A stretch of DNA of 62,976 nucleotides, filler included, from Choristocarpus tenellus KU-1152 (Eukaryota > Protista > Phaeophyceae): the NCBI GenBank assembly GCA_964200185.2. It is 15 parts of 15 records of this genome, joined end to end, with 100 filler letters (N's around TTAATTAATTAA, not from the genome) between each part and the next. Parts side by side here need not be neighbours in the genome. Positions count along the whole stretch, not along the records: positions 51,489 to 54,034 come from CAXNAD020026888.1; positions 54,135 to 57,078 come from CAXNAD020023470.1; positions 57,179 to 60,150 come from CAXNAD020023252.1; positions 60,251 to 62,976 come from CAXNAD020025282.1; 11 more parts are not named here. One strand, given 5' to 3'. The notes beneath the pieces were generated by a model. It saw nothing but the letters and a program-made list of their open reading frames with translations. It did not search any database and was not told the origin of the DNA. The translations under genes and the position numbers were made by a program. Within the stretch, counting starts at the first letter, position 1. Each line of letters starts with the position of its first letter. Shown here in pieces: positions 51,389-62,976 of the stretch.

Positions 51389-51946
51389 NNNNNNNNNNNN
51401 NNNNNNNNNNNNNNNNNNNNNNNNNNNNNNNNTTAATTAATTAANNNNNNNNNNNNNNNNNNNNNNNNNNNNNNNNNNNNNNNNNNNNAATCGCGACATG
51501 AAAAAATTGACCCCAAATGGACAGCCGCCACCCCCTCCCAGATACTTTGAGCCAATGTCTTGGAAGTTGAGGACTTTTTTGTGTTATTTTTTTCGTTTTA
51601 CTCAGAAAAAAAATGTCAAACAGGACCAAAGCAATATGCCAATAACCAGGTTCACATGGTTTTGTTTTGTTTTTCGAGGATAGGGTTGGGGTTGTGTTTA
51701 GGGTTAGGAGATTAGGGTTACTATATATCTACTTCGAAGCTTACTGCTATCTGGGTCCTATTTCAACCCCCTAGTTCAGCATGTGCCCCTGGCTGCAAAC
51801 AGCACACTGGTCGTCACACCTACCATGCCTGTGGGTTTGGTCCTTGCCATTGTCCACGAGTTGGACCTTCAGAAGAATGAGATCAGGTCCCACTCAAGGT
51901 GGCGTGCAAACATCAACAAATTGACAGATGACCAGGCATACTGTTA

Positions 51947-52272
51947 CAGGCGATATATCTGTTGGGTCTATTTTGGCCCTAGTCGGATTTGAGTATTTTT
52001 TAATAAAAGTGTATACTCTGATTTGATCAAACGTGCATTGACTCTGACTTTGTCTTGTGACTTCTGGATATTCATACCCAAAAGAAACAAGGAAATGTGT
52101 CATTGATTGTTGGAAAATTTATTAATTTGGAACTGGAATCCCTATGTTGGAAACAACTGGCTAATTTGGAACTGGAGTCCCTTTGCCATCCAATGGCAAC
52201 CGATACATGCTGTTGCAGCACGATTGAGGGTGATGGACAATTTATATCATCGTAACACATAACAATCGCCTG
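51947..52272. mobile_element. Possible small TA-target (Tc1/mariner-type) MITE
   Basis: TA|CAGGCGAT ... ATCGCCTG|TG. The same TA|CAGGCGAT start occurs near 20868 and 41173, and TA|CAGGCAAT near 53755. Confidence 0.4.
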
Positions 52273-52287
52273 TGGTAAGCGTGAAAC

Positions 52288-52544
52288 GAGTGAAAGTATC
52301 TTAGAGGGTACGAGTTTTGCCCTGTTTGTCCATTTGGGGCTTGGCTTCCCATGGGGTTTTTGTGATACTTTCCTACTCCGAAATGTTTCGGAGTAGGTAA
52401 TATGTATATGTTATGAAATGGTGAGTCCGGAACAAGGATACTGACACTTCCTAACAAATACGACGGATAAAATTACATGGAAATCGCAACATTGGATTTC
52501 GGCCCCGAATGGACGCGGCCCTACCCTCTAAGAGACTTTGACTC
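52288..52544. mobile_element. MITE family A, full copy
   Basis: Family A TIRs; 4-bp TSD AAAC. Confidence 0.92.
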
Positions 52545-52619
52545 AAACATGTATACCTACTTCACCCTGGAGACATGTTACCTGCGAATAGCATGTCTGC
52601 TTTGGTGCTCTAACCTTTG

Positions 52620-53450
52620 TGAGCAGTCATGTTATGACCTTCCCTATTTTTATGTTATTGTTCGACATTTTGTCTATATTTATTTAGACATTCTTCTGGT
52701 GTCTTGTATTTGTTTGTGTTGATAGCTGTGAAGGGGGAGAGTCTTGCTATGACACTCCCTATCTTGGTGATATAGTAAGACATTTGTGTTCATTTGTTTG
52801 TATGTTCATAGGTTCTATGGAGGGCAAGCCTTAGTTCAGTGCTACTGTACTTTTGTGTCTGTATTTGTGTTGATAGTTTTGAAGGGGGGGAATCTTTCTA
52901 TGACCCTACCCTATTTCGGTGTTACTGTGATTTTGCGCCCATATTTATTGGTGTTGAAAGTTGTGAAGGGGGAGAGTCTTGCTGTGACACTCCCGATTTT
53001 TCTGTTTTTCTGAGACATTTGTCTTTATTTTTTTATATGTTCTTAGGTCCTAGGGAGGGCAAGCCTTTCTATGGTAGCACCCTATTTTTGTTTGTGACTG
53101 TGAGATATTGTCTTGGTGTCCTGTAGTTGTTTGTGTTTATAGCTCTGTACAGGAGAATCTATGGCAATACCCAAGTTCAGTGCTACTACGATTTTGTTTC
53201 TGTATTTGTGTTGATAGTTTTGAAGGGGTGGAGTCTTTCTATGGCAGCACCCTACTATTTTGTTATTTTTATAATGTTTTGTCTTTATTTGTTTATTATG
53301 TTCATACTCCTGAAGGAGGGAGAGCCTTTTCCTGGCAGCATCCCCTTTCTCTGTGATTATGGGACATTATTTTGCGTCTGTATTTCTTTGTGTTCCATGG
53401 TTTTGAAATGGGGAGAGTTCTTCTAGGCAGTACCCTATTTTTGACGCAAG
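52620..53450. repeat. Degenerate ~80-bp satellite-like array
   Basis: Recurrent GTATTTGTGTTGATAGTTTTGAAGGGGGAGAGTCTTTCTATGRCAGCACCCTATTT-like units. Confidence 0.8.
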
Positions 53451-54164
53451 TGTGAGACTCTGGTGTAGGAGGTTTTCTTTTGAATATTGAGTCAAATGCA
53501 GAGTGAGTGCAATGAGGTGCGAGCATCATGCTAGCATATCTGTCGCCAGGCCAAACATTGGAAGGGTTTTTTCCTCCAGGTTTCCTCCTCCGCTGGATTC
53601 CCAACACTGCCTACTGATATGTTAGGACCTGTAAGTGACATTCATTTCATTTCTGCTACGTTCATGGTAGGATAAGGAGTGACATTTTATTTCCTTATCC
53701 AATCGCCTGTTCATCGCATTAAAGCAATTATGCTTCATGCTAGGGGGACACGTACAGGCAATGTGTCTTGATGGCAGTTTCACTAGCGCCATTATGGCCT
53801 TGAAGTTCTAGACTTTATGAATTTGTACTTCTTGACTACTCCAGTGTTTATTTACAACTTAGTCATTATCATGCCGCTAGGTAGTACATCATTGCCAGTT
53901 CCTTTTTATACGATATTGATACTTATGAAGGGAATAAAATCCAAGTGAGAGATCTAGCATACTTGACGCCTTGTGCATCAGGAGTCCTGTAAGTGCATCA
54001 GCGTCATCTGACCCAAAGTATCTGGGAGGGGGGGNNNNNNNNNNNNNNNNNNNNNNNNNNNNNNNNNNNNNNNNNNNNTTAATTAATTAANNNNNNNNNN
54101 NNNNNNNNNNNNNNNNNNNNNNNNNNNNNNNNNNCCCCCAGATACTTTTGGCCCTGGGCTGACA

Positions 54165-55308
54165 ACATCATCCACCCCCGTCTATATCGTTCTCCTTACC
54201 TGATACCGTTGTCCAGATATTTTCCCCCCTACCTTCACAGACAGCTGGCCACAGGACCAAAAAATAATGAACACAAAAAGACCACAGACCTAGTCACCTC
54301 CAATCTCAGTGCGACGTGTACGATGGACCTCGCCACATCTGACTTCTTGACACAGAGGTTCAACGCCAACCTTCTCAACAACAGTAGAGTGAAGACCATG
54401 TTGTCGAAGCTGGGGCCGGACCCACAGGTCGCCACCGATAGGCTCACAGGGATGCTGAGTGGGCAACCGTTTTCACTGTGCGCAAGATGGAAAACCATAA
54501 GCGACTTCGAAGTCGACATGCACATGGGGAACGTGCCCTCTAGTATGCACCATGGCGAACTACTTGAAAACTACATTGCCAATGGCAACCTGGGCACGGA
54601 CCATAATGGTGACGATAGGGATATAAACGACGACAACAACCTCCTGTTTTGCCTCAATGGACAACACTGCATAATGGTGTTGAGGATGATCGACTGCGTT
54701 GCCAAGGAGGAGAACATACCATCTGGCATCAACTCCCCGGCCCATGTGACAACGCGATGGACCTCAGAAGTAGGGGAAAACCTTCAAAGTGGACATCACA
54801 GGATCTTCATGTGGAAGATATATCCACATTGCAGTCGGGAAAAGGCTGAATCGATCTCCATAGGAAAGAGCGTTGCAGTCAGCAGATCGCAGGTGCCAAC
54901 ATCCTAGACATATTCCATTGGGTGGTGTCTTGGGTTGCCGCTATCCTGGAGTAAAGGCGCGACTTCAGGTGTGACAGGTCTCACCCCCACGTCCGGGAAG
55001 CGGAAGAAGACTCTGATCGTCGCACGCGCATGGCAACAGTGGTCACCAAGTGCAACCGGTATTGTCTAGGTGACATAGACTTCCAGAGTACGGACGCCAC
55101 ATTACAGGCGGCTATTTTGAGGACGGTAGCTGCCAAGATAAAGGCATTCCTCAAAGAAGCTTGGGAAGACACACACATGGAAACCGGGATGAGTAGACTC
55201 ACCGACCAAATCTCCGTCCAGTTCTTCAACGCAATCACCACCCTTGTCTACATGTGCGCGGGAGAAGGTGAGGTTCTCACGGCTCCTTCCACAGGAAACG
55301 ATTTGTGA
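54165..55308 (+). pseudogene. ParB/DGQHR-like protein paralogue 2
   Basis: QRFNANLLNNSRVKTM..LFCLNGQHCIMVLR..WKIYPHCSREKAESISIG. A frameshift near 54903 and a TAA near 54952 are followed by CNRYCLGDIDF..TVAAKIKAFLKEA, which matches paralogue 3. Confidence 0.72.
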
Positions 55309-55599
55309 AACGATTGTGAAGCATCCCCTACTTTTCGTCGCCCTTACCCATATTGTTTCCGCATCGGCGATCCAACCAACCCGATCCTTTTCTTCCCCTC
55401 ATTATGTTCCTCCAGCGACAAAAGAACTGGAGCAGATCCTTCTCGGTGTGTGGAGAGAGCACGAGAATCGCGACAGGTCAACTGTAAGCGTGGCGCAGCC
55501 ATCCCCACATTTTTACATCCAATACACTACCACTAACGGTCCAACAACACCGTAGTAACCCCTGCCTTCGCATATTGAGCTTGAATAGACCTCTCATAC

Positions 55600-56043
55600 A
55601 TGTGTACCTCTGTAGACCTTATGAAATACGCCATCAACCAACAGACCCACTCCCGCTCCCCGTTCTTCTGTCCTGACCATGTCACCTTATTCTCCACACA
55701 CCCAATGCGCACCTTACTAGGATAAATTCGACTTTAGAGTGGTTCACATGTTCACTGTGCTGTGGAACGCTTACCCGGATGCCGCCATTGAATCCCTCAA
55801 GAACTGCGCAGGTTCACACACCCCTACAGGTTGAAGGTGGGTTAAACATTCCCAATGATGTTGTCCCCACACAACGCCACAATTGACATGGGGCAGGCAA
55901 TAATGAAGGAATTTGATGTGTTTTGTCGAACAGTAAAGGCCATCAGTTTCCAAGAAGCCTAAGCTCGTAGGGTTCTGCTGCGCTACATGCATCCCCTGGT
56001 AACCCTTCTCTGATCGATGCACTGTTAGCCATAAATCATCCAC
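55600..56043 (-). pseudogene. Ulp1/C48-like peptidase remnant
   Basis: LPHVN..QHHWECL..FLRDSM and, after a frameshift, GQKNGSGSG follow the C48 motif order PxN..HW..DS..QxNGxDCG; the catalytic Cys is degenerate. Confidence 0.45.
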
Positions 56044-57848
56044 ATCCTCAAAGCTCGTTCTTTACCAGTCTCCTAACGACACATCATCGCACACTTGATG
56101 TACATGTAGCTCACAAACGAGGTCAAGGAGCAGTATTTCGCAAGAATATGCACTGACATCCTCACTGGAGCCGGACTAGCCATCCTCAGAGGGGAGACCC
56201 CCCAAGGCCATCGCTGGCGTGACATTGTCGAGGTGGCTGCGCACGTCTTCTCAGAGCAGGCAGTCAAAAAATTGCATAGTGACGCGCTCTCATTGACTTA
56301 TGTTGTCGGGACGGAGACATTTCGAGAGGAATGGGTAAGTCAATCTTTGACTCTGACGATTCAAGTAATGTATGGATGTATATGCATTTACCCCCCCACT
56401 GACCCTGCAACAGCAGCAATGTGTACCATCTAGTTCGCGCCTTGCGAGGCAGACACCCATGTCGTGCATGTGACTTACCGTTGTTCCACTACCCATGAGT
56501 TTCTCCATGACAGTTCTCCCACACTCTAAGGGGCACCCAAAACAAACGGACCCCGACTGAACAGGACAAGGGAAAGAAGAAGACAAGAGGAAAAGGGAAG
56601 AAGAGTATACCAGGGGTCGGCGATCCAGACCCGGCGTCTGCCGCCCAGGCGGACGAGGAGTGGGCGTCTCAACCCTCGAATGTCAAACTGGCATAGAGAA
56701 GACGTATGTACACCAAGGATGTCCTCATCAAGGGGGCTGTCCTAGAGGTCGCCATACAAGTCATGAAGGACCTAAAAAGGCAAGACGAGCTCAGGATAGA
56801 CCCCAACGCCGATGACTCCTCAGCAGGGTCATCAACAGAGGGTCCTCCTGCCAAATAATACATCCTCAGCGACAAGGTAATCAACTCAGTGTCAAGTTGA
56901 CCATCTCATCTCTCCATCATATTTCAGTTTATATGAAGACACATCACAATAAACGCCCTGGTAGCGCACATTAATGCAACCCCCTAACATCCGCAGGTGA
57001 AAAGGGACCTCATGTTGAGGGAGGATGTGGAGGGGGGTACAAAATACCTGGACATCGTCAAATACTCTGAAGGCGTTANNNNNNNNNNNNNNNNNNNNNN
57101 NNNNNNNNNNNNNNNNNNNNNNTTAATTAATTAANNNNNNNNNNNNNNNNNNNNNNNNNNNNNNNNNNNNNNNNNNNNTCCGGTGTCCCCCGGGATTGAC
57201 CGTGTTTCCCGGGAGGGCGTTCTTGCGATGTGTGTGTTTGGGGGGGGGGGATGCAGTGAGTGTGAGGGGGTAGAAAACTGGTGGCTATTATAATGACCGT
57301 CTACATATGATGGGGTGGCTGCCGGAGGAGGGATTGCTTAGAGCTTTATTGCAGCTGATTGTTGCCTATACACAAGACAATTTTTTTCTTGTTTGCTGTT
57401 GCTGTTTCACACATGATGTGTCTATCGATAAACCTTCGGGGGTTCTAAACGAACAGGCAGCAGCATAGGCAGAGTAGGTGTGTGTGGGAGACTGACTATG
57501 GGGTGTGGGGGGAGTGGGGAGGTGTGCAGTGTGTCAAGAAGAGGAGAGACTGCTGGATACATAGGTGGGGGTTTACTTTTGTTTTGTTGGTGGTTTATGT
57601 CTGGAGTGAGTGCGGAATAATGAATGGTGCTATGGATGATATGATGAGAACAACTTGATGCGTGGGAATCCATCCATTTGCTTAATAGTGTTGTGCTTAT
57701 GTGCAAAGGTTGACAACTGTCAAGATGGACTTTGTGAGTCAGTTCGTTTTGCTGCTGCTTGATCAGGGTGATACTGATAATGTGAAAGCTAAGGAGCCTT
57801 GGTTTGTGCGGGAACGTGGCCTTACCCTATGATTGCTAGGAATGCAGA

Positions 57849-57888
<40 letters not shown>

Positions 57889-58225
57889 AAACTCATGTGA
57901 GAAGTATTCATAAACGAGCATACCTTGCTACTTCTCTAGGATATATGATGGTTGAAGTACAACTGTTTTCATCACTCACTTCCAGCCTAGTAGTATATTG
58001 TGTAACTTGGTGCAAACTACTATAATAATAATAATAGTAAGTAGATCTATATCTGAACAAGGTGTTGCAGAGCATGAAACTGAGTGTTGCCTTGACTACA
58101 AGCTGTAGAGGAAGTGGACTTGGATGTTGCTCTTCGTATGGACAGCAACAGACAATATAGAGTAACAAACTTGAAATATTGTTGTGGTAACGAATGTAGC
58201 TACAGAGTAAATCGGTCCAACTGTT

Positions 58226-58420
58226 GACTCAAAGTATCTGGGGGGAGGGGCGAGCGGAGCCGGACTATACCAGGGTGTCCATTGGGCCCTGACGAGGAAA
58301 GGTGTACGTACATTATCCATCCGACACATGCAACGAAATCATTCAAAAATTGCGACATGGAAAAATGGACCTCAAATGTACAGTTGCCACCCCCCCCTTC
58401 CTCCTCAGATACTTTGAGCC
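58226..58420. mobile_element. MITE family B, full copy (195 bp)
   Basis: GACTCAAAGTATCTGGGGGG ... CAGATACTTTGAGCC with a 3-bp TSD GTT; shares the AAAGTATCT core and an inner GTCCATT box with family A. Confidence 0.85.
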
Positions 58421-61407
58421 GTTGTTCAGGACAATGGACGTCATTTACCTAAGTGCAGTGCAAGGTAAATGGTAGATTTGTTGAGGATTACGTCATCGTG
58501 TGGGAATGCATTTAATACTTAATTATTCAATCTCTCTATGTATCTCGACTACAAGAAATAATATTTATTTTGCTATGGTATATTGATATATATATATCAG
58601 CTGCTCTGCTACCTATCTTGTTTCTTGGAAGGTTAAAACCAAGCAACTGCATATAGTCAGTGTGGTGCCCTTTTTTTTCTAGGCATCTTGGCATTTCTTT
58701 CCCTTCCCTTCTCTGTCCTCTGCTGGAGTGTAAATGTCATGTAGTATGGGGGGAAGGGCCAATTGGCCTAATGTTGGAATATATACTGTACAGGTTTAGA
58801 GCTTTCACCACCTATAGTGATGCTACGGCCACCATCACCACCACTTTTTTTTGTAGAGTACTAGGAGGATACTATTTTTGAGGAAATGAAGTACATTTGC
58901 CTACCTACCTGCAGAATATTCTCTTGAAATGATATGAATCTCAATGCATCCTCTTATCACAGGACCAAAACTTATTCACAATGACAGAAACAATAACTTT
59001 TGTGTGTAGTACTTGCAAGAACAAATACACTGGAACTGGAGTAGTTGTAATAAGGCAGTACAATAATATTACTAGTAGCAATAGCAGCAGCAGCAATCAT
59101 AGCGAAATGTAAATTTTTCCTCAGGAACTATTTAAGATAATGTAGAGTCAATACAATAATTGATCCCTTCCGTATATACCGCTTTCAGTTTTTTGTTCAA
59201 AAAAGTTTCTTTTTCGTATATACAGTTGAGTGATTGCTCCTTTCAAATTGCCACATTTTATAATCGTAGAGGTTAAACAAGTACCACTTCAATATTATAC
59301 ACAATACATATGGATGAAAAATCGAGATTTGAAACTTTTATATACCACATTACATGGAAAATAAATATTCCATTAAACTCACGCACAAGATTCTGGGTTT
59401 AGATGTTCCAGTGTCAAAGTCACAACCCTAATTCCACTTCATTGAATCCTACCAGCTAAGTTCCCCGCACAGACTGTCATAGAAATAGGTAAAATATTAT
59501 GTTGGGTATCTACAATGTGCTTACTCAAGCCAACTAAAATCTTTGCATCATTTAGACACCTACACAAAGTTTTTCCTTTGCTTCCCACATGATGGATACA
59601 GCTCTTTATTCTCTATAGTCCTCCGTTGCAACTACATACAGTGTAGGAGCACTTGTTTTTCATCCGAGGTAGATGAAGGGAAGGAGATCTTTGAAGGATT
59701 AAATGGAAGTCCTCATCCTCGAGTGATTCGTTGTAGTTGTTCTCTCTCTTCCTGACAAATTCCTATCTCTTCATTCTCCTCCTGGGCAGTGCATGCTGAA
59801 CCTTACACACATCTCTCACTCTGGTCCCTCCAGCACATTTCCATCTATGTCAGAAGGCCTTGCCCACTGAAAATACCTCAACAAAATTGTGGAGAGTCAT
59901 TCGAGGATATATTCCGACAGATGCTGACATGTACACACCATACAAACACCTGCGCTGTAAGGTGACAATACCTCAGCAACTTGTATGTGGTAGTATCATC
60001 AGATACAAAAAAGGAACTTGCTCAGGTATTATTGGACACCCAATATATGCAGGCAAAGGTCTCAGAAGCAGTCTTTCTACACATCTCTGTGCCCAACTGG
60101 TGAAACACTCTTTCCCCTTCCATTGGCTGCTTCCCTCCCCCTCCCCCCCCNNNNNNNNNNNNNNNNNNNNNNNNNNNNNNNNNNNNNNNNNNNNTTAATT
60201 AATTAANNNNNNNNNNNNNNNNNNNNNNNNNNNNNNNNNNNNNNNNNNNNCCACCAGTCAAGACGTGAGAACAAAGTCGATCTTCCATTTGTGACATTCG
60301 GACAGAAATTCTGTCCATGGAATCATGGATTCTTGACTGGGAACCTTAATCAGTACCATGGTATAACGGTATATGTCATACGGTAATAACGGTATAATAA
60401 CAGGCAAACTTGCTTTCCACAATTCTCGATAATTTTATTGTATTATTTTGTTTGGTACTCTATTTCTAGGAGAGCTTTAGAACCTGGTAAAACTTTGCGA
60501 AGATGAATCTCAAAATGATCGTATATGGTCATTCTTACTCAGAGTCGACACACAAGATGACAACCCCTTTTGTGCCTGATAATATACCAACACACTCCTC
60601 CCGCCTACCAGTTGCCCGTAGCTGTAGCTGAATCCGCCACTGTTCTTGAGGGAGTCCACGGCAGCCTCACGGTTCGCATTCCAGAGCACAGTGAACGCAT
60701 GTACAGCCCTGAAATCGAACTTACCCTGTGTGTCGATTTATACAACATTGACGAGGAGAGGACGACGACAGAGATGTTATATAATCTGAGGATCTGAGTA
60801 GAGTTCGTCATACCATTGGGTTACACCGTGTCTGCGTAGGTATTTTTATCGAGGCATCAACTCCACATACAAAAAAATAATACGACCCATCGTGGTTTTT
60901 CTTCCATCTCCGGAAAGAAAAGCTGACTTGACTCACCGAAATCCGGGAAACGACAGATTATTTCAGTCGAAAGAAATCGGGGTTGTGACCTATTCCACCA
61001 ACCCTAACCCTAACCTTTTTTCGTTCGGTGTGTGCGATGGGGGGTTAATTGTCTGTGCAGCCGCATTTCATCAATGACCCGTTCTTAATATTGCATACTC
61101 GATTGTACTTACTGACATGCTTGGAAATGTACCGCACTTACATCGTTAGTGTCCCTCCTCTGGTGGTCCTTGCCACACACCGCACAGAACGTTCTCGAAC
61201 TCATCAGTTCCTGGCGGAAGAGTGATAAGGTCGGCGAAAGAGGGAGTCGTATCGTTAGATTACAATTCAGCGGTTGTTCGAGTCGACCAGAATACAAAAG
61301 AGAAATCATTGATATGTGATGATGTGAACAAACACTTGAGAATTAATGGTCGTAGCTTTATCTTCATCTGCACAAATCAGCGCCAGAGACGCGATGGCAT
61401 TGTAAAA

Positions 61408-62480
61408 TTAAGCTGCTGTGCCAGGGCTGGCACTGTTGAGATCACTCTTTAAGTTCGTATTGACCTGTGCCTCCTTCAAAAATGCCATGATCTTGGCAGC
61501 TACAGTCTTCCTCGCTGCTACCTTAAACGCGGCATTGCTATCCCTGAAGTCGATTTTTCCTAGAGAGTACTGGTTACACAGCCTGACCAGTGCCTTGCGC
61601 TTCTTCTTCTTGCTGTCGTCGCTCAGGTCCAGCGGAGTGCATGGGAGGGCCTCAACCCTTCCGAACTCTCTCCGGAAGTCCTTCATGGCCCGCAACCACG
61701 ACACCATCCTGGGGAAGATGTCCAACACGTTGAGGGCGTGGGATCTGCTCGAAACCACGCCTTGCCCAATGGAGATGGATTCCACCTTCTCCCAGTTGCT
61801 TTGCGGAAATAGTTTCCACTCAAGGTTGTACTTACAGCGGCGTTGCAGATGGTGGTTTACTCCTGAGGCCCAATCCTTGTCGACGAGCCCTGGAACGTTG
61901 ATATTGATCGGCATAATGTCCTCCTGCTGTATGTTGTTGAGTATCCTGAGCAGCATTACTCGGTACTGCCCGTCAAGGCAATAAGAAATGATGTTGCAAT
62001 CCTTACGGTTCCTCTTCGTCCCCATCTTGTCCTTTGTCGCGAATCCACCCACGATACACCTCTTGAAAAGAGCATTTATGGAAAGGTCAGACGGAAACCC
62101 ATAGTCCTTCGTGTACTCCTTTATCTCGTCTGTGGTCTTCCAATGGGAGCACACGGCGAAAGTCTCCGAACTGAGGATGGTCGAGACCTGGTCCGCTGCC
62201 TGTTCAGGATCACTCGCGAGGTCTTCGAGCATGGACGCAACTCTATCCCTTGTCCAGCAGATTTGCGTTGAACTCCTGCGATAGAAATGCGGTGCTGACC
62301 AAGTACATTGATTTGATTGCACCTAAGGTGTTAATGCAACCAATTTGTCCGGTCCTCTTGTTCATCTCTTTCTTAGCAGATTCGCTCGTGGTTCTTCATG
62401 CAGTGTACGATTTTGGAAAACGTGGTATCGAACCAAAGGAGGTATTAGTAATAGAGGTCAGTTAAGTATGAAGCTGGTAT
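61408..62480 (-). pseudogene. ParB/DGQHR-like protein paralogue 3 (most intact, most divergent)
   Basis: About 280 open homologous codons containing YCLDGQYRVMLLR..WKLFP..EKVESISIG. A 1-nt frameshift near 62248 restores FLSQEFNANLLDK upstream. Confidence 0.72.
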
Positions 62481-62976
62481 GTTTTGCATAATTGAGTGTT
62501 GAAGGTGGGAGGTAGGGATGAAAATGATCGAGCGATGTTACAGGTGTTTAGCTAACAAGCAGGCCACTGAGGAGTTTGCCAAAGATGATGTGTGTGTGGG
62601 GATAGAGTGATTTACACCATTGAAAGAATATGCCTCTCTTACATGAAACATGAAAAGCGGATGAGAGGTATTTTGAAGGGCTTTCTATTTTTCGACAGAA
62701 TTTCGAACGACAGCATCTGAAAATTATAAATAGTTGAGAAGCGAAACTTCATAAATTTGTATACTTCCGAATGCATGTGTTTGGTGGGGACTATGCAAAA
62801 GAGAGCTATTCTGATAGAGTCTTTGCATTATGGTGTATGGATGTATTTATTAGCGGAGAGAGCACAGCCCTCGGTGGTGGGGGGGTGCTCTCTCTTGTTA
62901 TCTTATTGTTTATTGCATATGTCAGCTGATACATCAGCTGACACATCAAAATGTGTCCTGCCGTTACATCGTTCTA

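Noticed and set aside
57900-59760. Possible short minus-strand exons (about 57924-57987, 58908-58950, 59640-59752); similar candidates at 7000-7830
   Set aside because: Splice-like borders exist, but no recognisable product or reliable phase chain could be built.
1-62976. Gene order across the window as an operon or cluster
   Set aside because: The window is a concatenation of unrelated contigs; only within-contig adjacency is meaningful.

Overview
This is eukaryotic nuclear DNA, not one locus. It is about 15 short contigs joined by artificial 100-nt linkers (N44-TTAATTAATTAA-N44), so adjacency across linkers carries no meaning. Intron-rich genes, bipartite plastid-targeting presequences and TTAGGG repeats suggest a photosynthetic stramenopile of brown-alga type (inference). 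Host genes, mostly partial and spliced by eye, are a PLOD-type glycosyltransferase, a His-rich single-pass membrane protein, a plastid-targeted hypothetical protein, tRNA-Trp(CCA), a CBS-domain protein, plastid glyoxalase I head-to-head with a SAC3/GANP gene, a SEN1/UPF1-like helicase and FAD-dependent glycerol-3-phosphate dehydrogenase. The rest is rich in mobile DNA: an abundant MITE group with AAAGTATCT termini and mixed 3/4-bp TSDs, plus mariner, LINE, REL-type retroposon and LTR remnants. The most intriguing signal is three dispersed, intronless, decayed paralogues of a ParB/DGQHR-like protein. One lies beside a Ulp1-like peptidase remnant and another beside two short segments homologous to that remnant, suggesting an undescribed large mobile or endogenous viral element. 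All family assignments come from motif recognition by eye; no searches were run.
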